From Massalongia carnosa (taxonomy: Eukaryota), in the NCBI GenBank assembly GCA_965645245.1, contig OZ287072.1:620001-684000 (forward strand): 64,000 nt of DNA, in the 5' to 3' direction. Positions 24,657 through 35,680 of this stretch are shown here, piece after piece. The position numbers and the translations under genes are program-made. Numbering within the stretch: the first letter of the stretch is position 1; every line of letters begins with the position of its first letter. The notes under the pieces were generated by a model that was not told the origin of the DNA, did not search any database, and was given only the letters and a program-made list of their open reading frames with translations.

Positions 24657-25758
24657 ATGCCACAACATTCGATATCATATCAACCTCTGGCTCCTGAATC
24701 GCTCGACGAAGAGGATGATGTCCAAGCCAGCGTCTACGAGCTCGAGAAGTCAGCATTGAATGATTGGAAGACACAACTCCAGCCCTGGAAGTTGAGTCGA
24801 CCATTTGTGTTCCATGGATGTGTCCTCCTATTTTATACTTTAATCTTTATGGTAATGACGTTACGGCGTCGCGAGCTTTCTCCAAATGCCCCCGCGATCA
24901 TCTTTTGTTAATCATCCTTCCAAGCGGTCATCAGACCATACTGATCAAATGTAGCACCTGCACGCGAAGCCCTGCGCTACGAGCCGCGCATCTTTCAGAT
25001 AAAGAGGAACAAAGACCATATGGGGCCCTATTTCGGAGAGCCAAACGAAACCCTTGATCTAGCTTGGCATAAGCTACTACAAAGTTTGCAATGTCGCCAG
25101 ATGCTATGAAACAGTGGCTGACTTGTGCCTAAGATCAGAACATTCATGTTTCTCTCGCCGAACTTCAGCATTTCGAGGGGCGAGAAGAAGAGGCTGTGGC
25201 TTATCCCGATGGTTCCGGCTTCATGGCACAGCTACAGGTGTATCATGACCTTCACTGTCTTGTAAACTCCCAATGAACCAATGTTCACGAGAAGTACACT
25301 GACGTATAGATGGGAAGAAACGCATTCACCATACCATGTGGTTAGATTACTATTACCCAAATTTGACCGACACCGAGCGCGACGAGCTCAAGTTCCACAA
25401 CGGTGTGCGCTCCTTCATCGGCCATTCTGCTGTGCGCTGCGTGACGATCTCAACTGGCGAATTCTACGTAAAAGCTAACGAAGGGATTCGTCCAGATCAT
25501 TGCCTCGACACTCTCCGCGAGAGCATTATGTGCCATGCCGATATCTCCCTGCTCACAATGCGCTGGGGAAAGACCCAGCCCATCCCGCTTGCGAATTTCT
25601 CGGCTCCACACGAATGTATCAACTGGCAAAGCCTGGATGAATGGTCCCAGGGGCGGTCGGTAGATGTGATGAGGCCTGGATTCTTAGCTCATCCGACTCT
25701 AGGCCCTTCTTTTCCGAATGGACGGGGAGTGAGGACTGGGGTGGGCCATGATTCTTGA
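24657..25758 (+). CDS. UstYa-like / DUF3328 oxidase, multi-exon
   Basis: N-terminal TM helix, YFGEP..LDLAW, QLQVYHDLHCL (HxxHC #1), spliced FHN-DHCLDTLRESIMCHAD (HxxHC #2) and HECINW. Confidence 0.93.
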
Positions 25759-26821
25759 ATGGCCGCAGCTGTGGAGTTTTTCGTAAAAAATAACCTTGCA
25801 TTAAACAGTAAATATAAATTTTGGAGTCTCGACAGTTTTGGATCTAAGCTTCAGAGGCTGTAATGCTTTTTATGCACATGCGAGGACACAAGAACACGTT
25901 TGGCTGAGCGTGAAGTACCAGGACAAAGTCAATGAACGGTCTGACACACTGTGCTATGGCTTGTTTATTGCTGCTTGTTACCACGCTTTTCAGTCATTAC
26001 TGTGGTTTATCAGAGTTCAACTTTTTTCAATGAAAATCATCCAAATCGATTAGCTTTTTATATAGGACCATCACAAAATAAAACAGTCGATACGTAGGCT
26101 ACATTTCTGGATTTTTGTCTCTCGTAAAGCCTCCCTCACATGTTGCCAACCCTAACAAATCCTTGGGTTTGTGACCAGGCCCCTTGCGGCCGCAGAAGCC
26201 TCGAATGCCGTGACTATTGCTCTCTATGCTGTCATTGGGGGTTGACCGAAGAACCCCAGCCCAGCACTAGGGGCTATATAGGATCTTAGAAGAGCATCAA
26301 CATCAGCAGCTAACGCTCCTATCTAACGTCAAACTGGGCGGAACTAAGGTTCGAGCTAATAAAGAAGATGCATCGCTACCCAGGTGAATCTATGATGAAA
26401 GCGATTCACTCTCGCGTGGAAGCTGTATTGCGATGGATGAGGAGCATGCCAAGGATTTACCTCTAGAGCCAGAGGCCTCGAAGCAGATGGCGGATGTTTA
26501 TTCGGAAGGGACTCCAGATGGAGCTGTGAAGAGCTCTTTGTGATACTTGGTTGTTAGTTTGTAGATTTTGGAGCCACGATGGAAGATCTTCTACCAGACT
26601 ACAGAGTGTACTCTCATAGCCCTTCGCGATCTCGCTTTGACGCTGGAAACAGTCACACGAATGGAATTTGAGAGATGGAATGATAGGAGAAGAAAGGAGC
26701 TAATCGGATGGATGGTTGACACCGAGTACTTCCACCAGTCGTAGCAAAGCGAGATACTTAGGGACAGTCCCCCCCCTCCCCCCCTGTGTAAATCTTTGCT
26801 CGTAAACAGCCATTTCACTGC

Positions 26822-27271
26822 TCATCCAGGGTGCGTACAAGCTAGTAAGCGCCCATATGTCGCAAAAGCTCCGACGATGAATAGCCCGCCCAGGCCAATG
26901 TAGAAGGTTGTGAGATCGAAACCGAACAGTAACTCCGCCCCACCGTCCGATTTGGTTGCCAAGTCAAGAATCTTTCCTATTGAGAAAGGAATCGAAATTG
27001 AGATCACCGATGATACCATCAAAAAGCCGAAAGCAAGCGCAAGAATTTTAGTTTCCCCTTTGGCGATACTCAGCAACCTCCATACTTCTCGAAAACCGCT
27101 CCATTTGCCTGTGGTTTTTCCTGCCGTCAGACGTGCGCTAAGATTAAGCTGCGCAACTTTCTCCGCCTTCTCGGGCGGTCTGAATGCTTTCTCTGCTTCT
27201 CTGTGTTCTTGTTCAATGTCCTTCACCTCAGCCTGGAGCCTTGATTGTGGTGTACACCAAACGTTGTTCAC
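26822..27271 (-). pseudogene. Isolated N-terminal TM fragment of an MDL1/MDL2-like ABC transporter
   Basis: GFREVWRLLSIAKGE..LAFGFLMVSSVISISIPFSIGKILD..GAFATYGR; no further TM helices or ATPase domain downstream. Confidence 0.7.
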
Positions 27272-27639
27272 ACCATGAATTGTGGTGTAGTCATGGGTAT
27301 AGACAATGATTCGTAGTTTTTAATAGATCAGAGGGTTTTTAATAACTGATTGTTAAAACTAGACGAATGAGCCTGAAAAAGAACTGCACTCAGGTGCAAC
27401 ATCTATAACCACGCTTTCAACTGTTCCAAATTCCGTGTCGGCATAAAGCATGTCCATCCCAATTATCACGAGCAACCCGCCATACCAACAGCATGACATC
27501 GGAACTGGACTCCCAACAACTCCGATGAGTTTCCGAGTTCATCTGCTGTCAGCCAAGTGTCGGCTCAACGTACTAACATAATCAAGAACCTGTAGACTTC
27601 TTCTGCGAACAAACGAAAATATCTAACGATCACCGACCC

Positions 27640-28167
27640 TTATCTGTATGTGCCGTTCTTCCCCGTTTTGCCTCCCCGCTGCGCCCGGCGTTTGGCCTCA
27701 AACTCTTTCAGCAGTTCCTGTGCGTTTCCTAACTCGCGTTCGAGCAGCCATATTTTCTTCCAGCACACCTTGTATTCATAGCCTTTCCCCCTTCGTCTCT
27801 TGCCAACGATCCTTACGATCTCCCACTCCGCTTCATCCAATACTGAACCTTCTTGGTCCTGTATCTCCTCGAGAAGAGATGGGATGACGGTGATGGGGTG
27901 AGGATGAACGATCGTTGCTGTTTCATGATCACCTTCACGGATAGTCTGCTCAACCCGATCATGGGATAGTGCGACACTGGGAGAGATCGGGCGATGAAAA
28001 GGAGAGGTGATAGGTTCGATGGTAGTAGGACTCAAGCAACCGTGTGTCGTTGACTTTTTCATTGAGTGGGAGCTTTGGAGGTGTGAGGCGCCAATCTCAG
28101 ATTCCATGCTCGTAACCTCGGTAGAATCGTCAGTTTTGTCAGTCTTTTCTTCTTCTTCATCCACCAC
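27640..28167 (-). pseudogene. C-terminal chromo-like domain portion of a degraded gene split by the TE nest (upstream part probably >40811)
   Basis: WEIVRIVGKRRRGKGYEYKVCW..WLLERELGNAQELLKEF after an acidic, disordered region. Confidence 0.6.
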
Positions 28168-29016
28168 GAGAGGGTCATCTGAATTATGTTAGAAGAAATC
28201 CCAATTACTAGTCAGAAATGGGTTGATGGGCACACCTTGATTATCACCAACTTCACTGTATCGATTTGAGATTGTTGTATTCCCGCGTTGCTGGATACTT
28301 TCCTCAAAAAAAGATCTGAAAACAGGCCGAGGAATCGATTTGGCCAGCGATAGAAACCGGCAATGTTCGGCAGGATCGTTTATGTCATCATCGATTTCGT
28401 CTGTCTCGTCGATCACGATCAGGTCGTCCTTGAATAGTTAGACGCGCTCACAGAAACTTGGACCTATGCACTAACCTTCACGCCGGGCCTTCAACCTGTG
28501 TTCACCTTCTTCACCCTCGTTCAAACCTATTCTGTCTACTATACGCTTGAAGGAATCTCGAATATCGATAGCGCTCGTGTATGTCACAGACTCAGCATCC
28601 GTAGGGCGTGTTGGGCTCCACATTCACGACAAGCCAGCCTGATCTGCTGTCGATTTCACAGCGTCTTCTCGGAGCGAAAGCCGCCACCCAACCTGTGGCG
28701 GTTCAGGATTTGGCGGCGCAATGGGCGATCGAAGAGAGCATAGAATTATATTGTCTGTATTGCAGTTCGCTTCTTTGTCCCCTTTCTCATTTTCTCTAAT
28801 AAAGTAATGAGGCTCATTATTTTTGAAGCAGACTTGTGTATCGTGTGCCGACGAGAGGAGAGTATCAGGAAGCGGAAGAGAAGGATCAGAGATAGAGTCT
28901 TTTGTCTTCTCGTGAAGGATGGAACATCTACGTAGGCGCTTTCTGTTAGTATTAAAATTAGCGAACGGGGTTTCAAGAGCCGTACCGAGCTTCTGAGCCT
29001 GTCATAGAGGTCAGTA

Positions 29017-31160
29017 TCCCTTCGTCTGGCAATTTGGCAGCCATTTAGGTAATATTCAATTTTACACGCGCCGTCTCCGGGTAATGACTAATAACTTTAA
29101 TCTGGCCAATCAGATTTTCCCTTTTCAACGATAATGGGTACAACACCTCAATCACCCCTCATGATCTATGTAAAATTTCCCAACATGCCTCCTTTTTGCA
29201 ACATGGTCCACAGCTCTTACATTGCCATCTGGTCTGACTTGCACATCGTCTTTTGGTGCAATTTTCATCAATTTCCGCAAGTGGTCGGCGTCGTTTGAGT
29301 CTTGGCACTTGCCTTTTGCAGGCCAAACAATAGTGCTTCTTATTCAAATGCTCCGATTTGCAAGTTGACTCGACGTCTTTATTAACGTCTTGATTAGTAG
29401 TAACTATGACATCTGTCGGACGTTTCCGTAGGGCACCGGCTTGATTGGATAGTAGGGCATTTACTATTTCTTTTTGAAAGTCCAAATGGCTGAGTGTTGA
29501 ATTCGGATACAGAATTCTCCACAATTTGAAGGCATTTAGAACGGCTGCATCCAGAAGAAAGATGAAAATTGACCACCAGTAGCGACGATCAGATCTTTGA
29601 GGTGAATAATATGTTCTTTGCTGAGCATTCCTATCTGACCCGCCCATGTGCTGGTTATATTCCACGATGGGCATGGGAAATGGAAGCTTTTCTTCTTCAT
29701 CATCAACGATGACTCTGGAATTTGCAGGAATTCCATGACGTCGACGGGAATTCTTGTAGAAAGAAGTCTTCAAATCCTCAATTGTATGAACCGTGGTCAT
29801 GAATTGCACGGTGTTTAAATCCACCCATGCCATACACAGAATGTCCCCGTCATCAATGTTTGATTTTTTACTTTTATTTGCAGGTACCGTCATCAATGCC
29901 TTCTTTCCCCAGTCCTTATTCTTGGTGGCTGCAACCCTCAGACGTAGAAGATCAACAGGAAAACCGCATCCTGATTTAGCCGTCCCACAGGCACCAATTC
30001 CAATGGTTTTCAGAGCTTTGAATAGCTTCGTATTTGTGAAGAAGTTGTCCAGAAAGATGACGTATTTCAAGCCTTCATCAGACGGTAAACTTCGAGCCAG
30101 TTGAATGACGACTAGGGAGGAAGGAGACAAATACCATTTGGTTGTCGGAAATTTCAATTGTCCAGGCGTTTTTAACTCACTAATTTTGGACACCTGTCTT
30201 GCAATTAGTACGATGCAAATTGAGGCCTTTTCTACTCACCTTGGAGGTAAATAAGAAGTCAAAAAGATAATTTTCCTGACATAAACTATAGATTTTGAAG
30301 CCTACACCAGCCGCCTTGGTGGCTATTTGCATAGTATGGCAGCTCCTACCCCTGAATAAAATCAATTGCTCGTCAACTGACACATGACTTCCAGGAATCC
30401 AGTATTTCTTTGATGCTTTTCGAAAGTCTGTGGCCAATGGTTCCAGCTTTTTCCACCAATCAGGGCCTCGAGTATCAATGATCTCATCTTCGTCGGGGTT
30501 GGATATCTTCAAAAATCGCTTGAGTTGCTCCCATCTTCGAAGACTCATGGCTTGAATCAACATGTCATGTATGGCAAATTTAGGAGACGTGTTCCAATAG
30601 TCAGTAAGACGTGGCATCAGTGTATACCCCATATATAACAGAATTCCCAGAAAAGCTCCTACTTCAGAAGAAGAGGTGTCATGCCATTGACGTCTCTTGA
30701 TGTCGTTTAGGGCATACTTCTTTTTCGCTTTAAGATTGGTGTTTGTGGCTATGATTTCAAGCATTTCAAAGCTAAAGAAGAGGCAGAATAAACTGAAAGG
30801 AGTCTGCTTTATCAAGCGCAACGTCTCGTCCGGCTGTGGTTTTCGAAATGGGATCGAAATTGGACAATAATTTGATGACGGAGGGGGCATGGAGTCAATT
30901 ATGCTTTGTACGCTGGGTTTATTCTTTTTGGCCTGTTCTTTCAGAATTGAGGGGGGCAAAGCGTCTGATTGGTCAGGAACTTCTATCTCAATGCCTCTCA
31001 TGATTATTCTAAAGAAATTGTAGATGTTTTAATGATTTTCAACTGATGTTTACCTTCTTATTTACAAAAAAAGGGGAGAATGTTTTGAAGTTCGTGACTC
31101 AGCCCTACGGTATCTCACTAAGCCTATTTAAGGTGGCTGCCAAATTGCCTGACGAAGGGA
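29017..31160 (-). mobile_element. piggyBac-like DNA transposon, apparently intact
   Basis: 27-bp TIRs TCCCTTCGTC(T/A)GGCAATTTGGCAGCCA at 29017-29043 and 31134-31160, each flanked by TA. Confidence 0.9.
29159..31001 (-). CDS. piggyBac-family transposase, ~598 aa, one intron (30194-30239)
   Basis: Catalytic VSVDEQ, FLDNFF and YNQHMGGSD motifs, DAAVLNAF, and a Cys-rich C-terminus. A GTGAGT..ACTAAT..CAG intron joins the two ORFs in frame. Confidence 0.9.
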
Positions 31161-32615
31161 TAGTACAGAGGTTGACACCGAAAGTCCTGATAATACGCTA
31201 ACGTAATTCACCTGTATTCGGAACACCCGCTTATTCGGAACTAACAAAACCACGAAACTTACTTTCAACCATTATCTCTTCTACAACTTATTGAAGAAAA
31301 CCCTAAAACTGATTTAATAAGGTAAAGGGTATTATAATGATTATAATAGCTGGTTATCGATAAATTACACCGCTGAATTGGCTTCTTCCCGGCAGTTTCG
31401 AGTTACAAAATCGGGATTGCGTACTACCTTGAAAGATGAGGTTAGAGAACGTTTAAAATAGGCAGTTAAGGTCTATGAGAAGGCAGAAGGGTTGTTATCT
31501 ATTACGCAAGCTGCTTGACTTCATGCGGTACCGAAAACAACATGTATCACAGGATAAACAGTCGCCAGGACCAGGTATCGTACGTTACTTCAAAGCAGAG
31601 GTTAACGCCCGAGGAGGAGGGATCTCTTCAGAGCTGGGTTAACCAGAGCTACCAAACTCCGCCATTTGACAAAATATCAGCTAAGCCTTATACGGACGAT
31701 GACACTCTACCCAGCGCTAGTACTCTTATCCAAACGCGTTATATTTCAGGCCAAATATCACCAATATCAGGAAACATAGTACAAGTCTCAGAGGTTGAGG
31801 AGTTTATATTACTATTTCGCCATCAGACTCTTGATTCCTCTAAGCTTACTCTTCTACAAAAAACCATTAAAGCAGCTAGGCTTGCTATGACTGATCGTAT
31901 TGTCTTGAATCGTACTAATACGGAGCTTTTAGCAGCCAATACACGAAAAAAACAACGAGCTCAACGTACGGGCACTCAATACGATGTTCAAGGGGCTCGC
32001 GTATTGAGTTTAGAAGATGTGGAGAAAAGAAGACAACTAGCTGAAAATAAGAAAAAGGAGAAAGATGCTAGATCACAGGTAAGGAAAGAAAAACAGAACG
32101 ATCGACTATTTTTTCAGGTATCTAAAGACCTAATGCGATTTGAACCCGACCTAATATACGTGCCTGATCTTGTAACATCTTGATCTTTACTTAAAATAAG
32201 AAACGAGACGATTCTATCTTTTAAAACGCTTTTCACGACCTTATTCAGATTACACCTTATATTTTTAAGGAGACAGTTGAGGGCGACCTAGGGTTTAAAA
32301 AAACTGCTCGAAATAAAGAAAAAGGTATACCAAGAAAGAAAAATATCACTAGGTTGGTACAAGGTGATGTGGAAATAGTAGGAAAGGGGGAGAAGTAGGA
32401 AGTTTTAGAGGTTCGGGTTAGCTCGCGCGGTCGTGTTGTCATCTGTAACACTCGTAAAATGTAGCTCTACAAGCTTATGCTAGCTATATATATTCACTAG
32501 AACCTGTTCATCAATTCCCGAGTACATGTGCTAGAAATTTTGCGGATGCGGCGCTGATAAAAAATTACGAAGGTTGGTATCAAATTTGTTAGTTCCGAAT
32601 AAGCGGGTGTTCCGA

Positions 32616-33942
32616 CACGCGGGGGACAAAAAAAAAACTACACCAAAATTTAACCGGGCTCAACTCCCCACCAAAACACAAGCAATTTACATACGATTTT
32701 GATGGGATAATTATCATTATTATGAATTCTAAACATATCGAGACTCCTACCAAAGCTAAAATTCAGGGAGCCGTTGAATTTTGCGAAAAGCAAGGCATTT
32801 CTTATCACAAAGAGGATGTTTTTCGCACATTTGATGTGGAACGTACGAGGGGCTATGCATACCTGCGTGAAGGAGCCTCATCACGCCGTCATCATAATAA
32901 TTCCGATGTTTCTGGAGCTCGTGGGCGTCACAAAATTGTTACGCCTAAATTGATTAGAGAAATGGAACGGCTATTGGAAGAAGAAGGTATGGAGGCGCGC
33001 GCTCTTACATGGGAGCAATTGGGCTTCGAAGTAGGCCTAGACTGCAGTGGCAAAACCATTCAACGAATCATGGGCACCATGGATTATCACAAATGCATTG
33101 CGTGCAGAAAGGGATGGGTGAACGAGAAGACAAGAAAGCTTCGTATGAAGTGGTCAGATGCTATGCTTTCTAGATATCCAAATGCAGAAGACTGGAAACA
33201 AGTTCGATTTAGTGACGAAGTGCACTTTGGATGGGGACCTCAGGGCAAATTACGCATCATACGAAGATTAGGTGAACGTTATTGTCATGATTGTATTCAA
33301 GAAGCAGATGAACCAGACGAGGCCGTCAAGAAGAGACATCACTGTTGGGCTGCTGCAGGTCATGACTTCAAGTCAGATATCTACTTTTACAGAGTTCCTG
33401 GAAACTCCAATGGAAAGATGAGTCAACGAGTCTATATCGACTCTATATTGGAGCCTATTGTGAAGCCCTGGATTGAAGCAAAACACGATTTCGTCTTAGA
33501 AGAAGACGGTGATTCTGGACATGGACCAGGCAAATCAAACATTGTACGCACTTGGAAGCAGAACAACGATCTGAAGCACTATTTCAACTGTCCATGTTCA
33601 CCTGATTTGGCCCCCATAGAAAATTGCTGGCAGGCCCCGAAGCAATATTTAGAAAAATATCCTCATTGGGATGATGATACGACCAAGGGGCTAATTTATG
33701 AGGGGTGGGCGAACGTTTCCCAGGCATTTATCAATGAACGGGTGTCTACTATGCCAGATAGATTGAGAGCTGTTTTGGATGGTGAGGGTAAAATGACTGG
33801 TTATTGAATAGATTGAATGAATTGGATGACTGGTTGTTGAAATGGTGATTATCCCATCAAAATTGTATGGAAATTGCTTGTGTTTTGGTGGGGGGTTGAA
33901 CCCGGTTAAATTTTGGTGTGGTTTTTTTTTGTCCCCCGCGTG
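32616..33942 (+). mobile_element. Intact Tc1/IS630-like transposon with ~100-bp imperfect TIRs (CACGCGGGGGAC...GTCCCCCGCGTG)
   Basis: TIRs read directly; TCCGA repeated at 32611-32615 and 33943-33947; sits inside the pogo right TIR. Confidence 0.92.
32722..33807 (+). CDS. Tc1-like transposase, DD37E, 361 aa
   Basis: VRFSDE, LEEDGDSGH and SPDLAPIENCW motifs; 37 residues between the second D and E; uninterrupted ORF. Confidence 0.92.
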   Translation: MNSKHIETPTKAKIQGAVEFCEKQGISYHKEDVFRTFDVERTRGYAYLREGASSRRHHNNSDVSGARGRHKIVTPKLIREMERLLEEEGMEARALTWEQLGFEVGLDCSGKTIQRIMGTMDYHKCIACRKGWVNEKTRKLRMKWSDAMLSRYPNAEDWKQVRFSDEVHFGWGPQGKLRIIRRLGERYCHDCIQEADEPDEAVKKRHHCWAAAGHDFKSDIYFYRVPGNSNGKMSQRVYIDSILEPIVKPWIEAKHDFVLEEDGDSGHGPGKSNIVRTWKQNNDLKHYFNCPCSPDLAPIENCWQAPKQYLEKYPHWDDDTTKGLIYEGWANVSQAFINERVSTMPDRLRAVLDGEGKMTGY

Positions 33943-34082
33943 TCCGAATAGCGGTGAATTACGTTAATGCGGGCAAAAAACGCCACGTAGATTTAGCGTT
34001 AAATGCTATAGGGATATCATTCAAAGTGAAAAAAGGATATCTATCGAATGATCCATACATACATTCACGAAAAACTTCGAAA

Positions 34083-35680
34083 ATGATCAACACACTCGCG
34101 CAAGACCGCGAGAAACGCAAGAAGGGGCAGGAGGAGAAGATAAAGCTCTTGGGAGCAAAGATAGATGAGTACTTAAAGCCCGGTAACAGCGTAGGAGACC
34201 CGGTGGCGCAAACTCTGTTGAAGGAGGTTAAAGCCACGTTGCAAGCCCAGCTTCACATTAATTCGGAAAACGAAGACACCGTCACGGTAGCAGAGTCCCT
34301 ACGGGACATAAGAAACGCACTTAATCGCATGGAAGGCACCAAAAAGAATAACGAGCCCCCCACAAGCTACGCCGCCGCGGCCACCCCGCTGGCGCCCCAG
34401 AACCAGGCCGGGCAAAGCCCGACGTACAATCTTAAGCACCCCAAACCCCAAAAAACCAAAGAGCCATCCCCCAGCGAGGCCAAAAGGGCCCGGGAGATCA
34501 CACTACGAGTCACGAACGAGGCCGATCGAGAAAGAGTGAGACAGATGCCCACTCAGGAGTTGGTGGAATCGCTGCAGAAAAACGTCGAAGGGATAGTGGG
34601 AATATCGCGACTTACAAGCGGAGACATACGAATTCACGCAGAATCAGCAGAGGTCAAGAAGACCTTATATGAAAACACTGAATGGATCACTGCGATTGCG
34701 GCGTCTGCTACAGTCCAACGCCGCACCTATGCAGTGCGAGCTAGCGGAGTAAAGATGGCACATATCGATGCCACCAATCAGAATCAAACCATACAGTACC
34801 TGCAGGCAGCTAACGCACGATTACACTCAGGCCTAAAAATCACGAGAATCGCCTGGTCGTTCAGGGCCATCAAAGAAAAGAAGACATACTCGTCGCTGCA
34901 TGTAGAAGTAGAGACTCCCGCGATGGCGAACCGCCTCATCACCGAGGGCTTCCTCGTCGATCATGAGATTAAGAATTGCGAAAAATTCGTAAAAAGTTGC
35001 AAGCTAACGCAGTGCTTCAACTGCTATAAATACGGACACATAGCAAAACGCTGCCGCAACCCAACGGCGTGCGGGCTCTGCGCCGGCGGGCACTCGACCA
35101 ACGAATGCAACCCAGAAACAACAGGTAAACACAAAAGGTGCGCATGCTGCGAGGAGAGAGGCCACGTAGCGTGGGCCCCAACATGCAAACTCAGATTACT
35201 AGAAATGAGCAAGATAGAGAAGGCCAGGAAAAGCTCACCCCAGCTCTTCGTCACGGGCGACCCGATCGTAGCGCGGTCATTCATCTTCTCGTCTCAAACC
35301 TCAACGGACAAGGAATGCAGCGCAACACCAGGGGAGGCAACGGAGAGACCTGTCAACGGTTCCTGGAAGGTCGTCACCAGCAAGAAAAGGAAAACCGCCC
35401 CAGCGGGTTCCCAAGAAGTCTCCTCGGCAGGTCCCAGCCGCGTAGCGGGCATGTCATGGAAGGACACGGAGATCATGAAACCCATGAACATGCAAAGAGC
35501 GATGGCAAAGCCAACTCTTGGCAGACCACTAAACACACCAACCGCAGCAACACCCGCCCCGTTCCGCACGGATCCCGCCCCCCCCCGCCGACCCTTGAAT
35601 CATCTCCCTCCCCCGCCGACCCAGAATCGGACCACCCCACCGCCCCGGCAACGGACGTAATGGAAGAAGGAGATTTATGA
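34083..35680 (+). CDS. LINE ORF1 (gag-like, three CCHC knuckles); probable frameshift in the poly-C run at ~35578-35587
   Basis: CFNCYKYGHIAKRC, CGLCAGGHSTNEC and CACCEERGHVAW. The alternative frame ends in an ATGA overlap with ORF2, as in the first LINE. Confidence 0.85.

Larger units (their letters stand above)
31201..33964 (+). mobile_element. Internally deleted pogo/Fot1-like transposon inserted in the left TIR of the Tc1 element
   Basis: TIRs ACGTAATTCACC..TATTCGGAACACCCGCTTATTCGGAAC, TA duplication at 31199-31200 and 33965-66, and a remnant ORF 31515-32183 (QRLTPEEE..W) lacking the DDE core. Confidence 0.85.

Noticed and set aside
33918..34082. N-terminal extension of the 580-aa ORF
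   Set aside because: Reads through the TIRs of neighbouring transposons upstream of the LINE TSD; ORF1 most likely starts at 34083.
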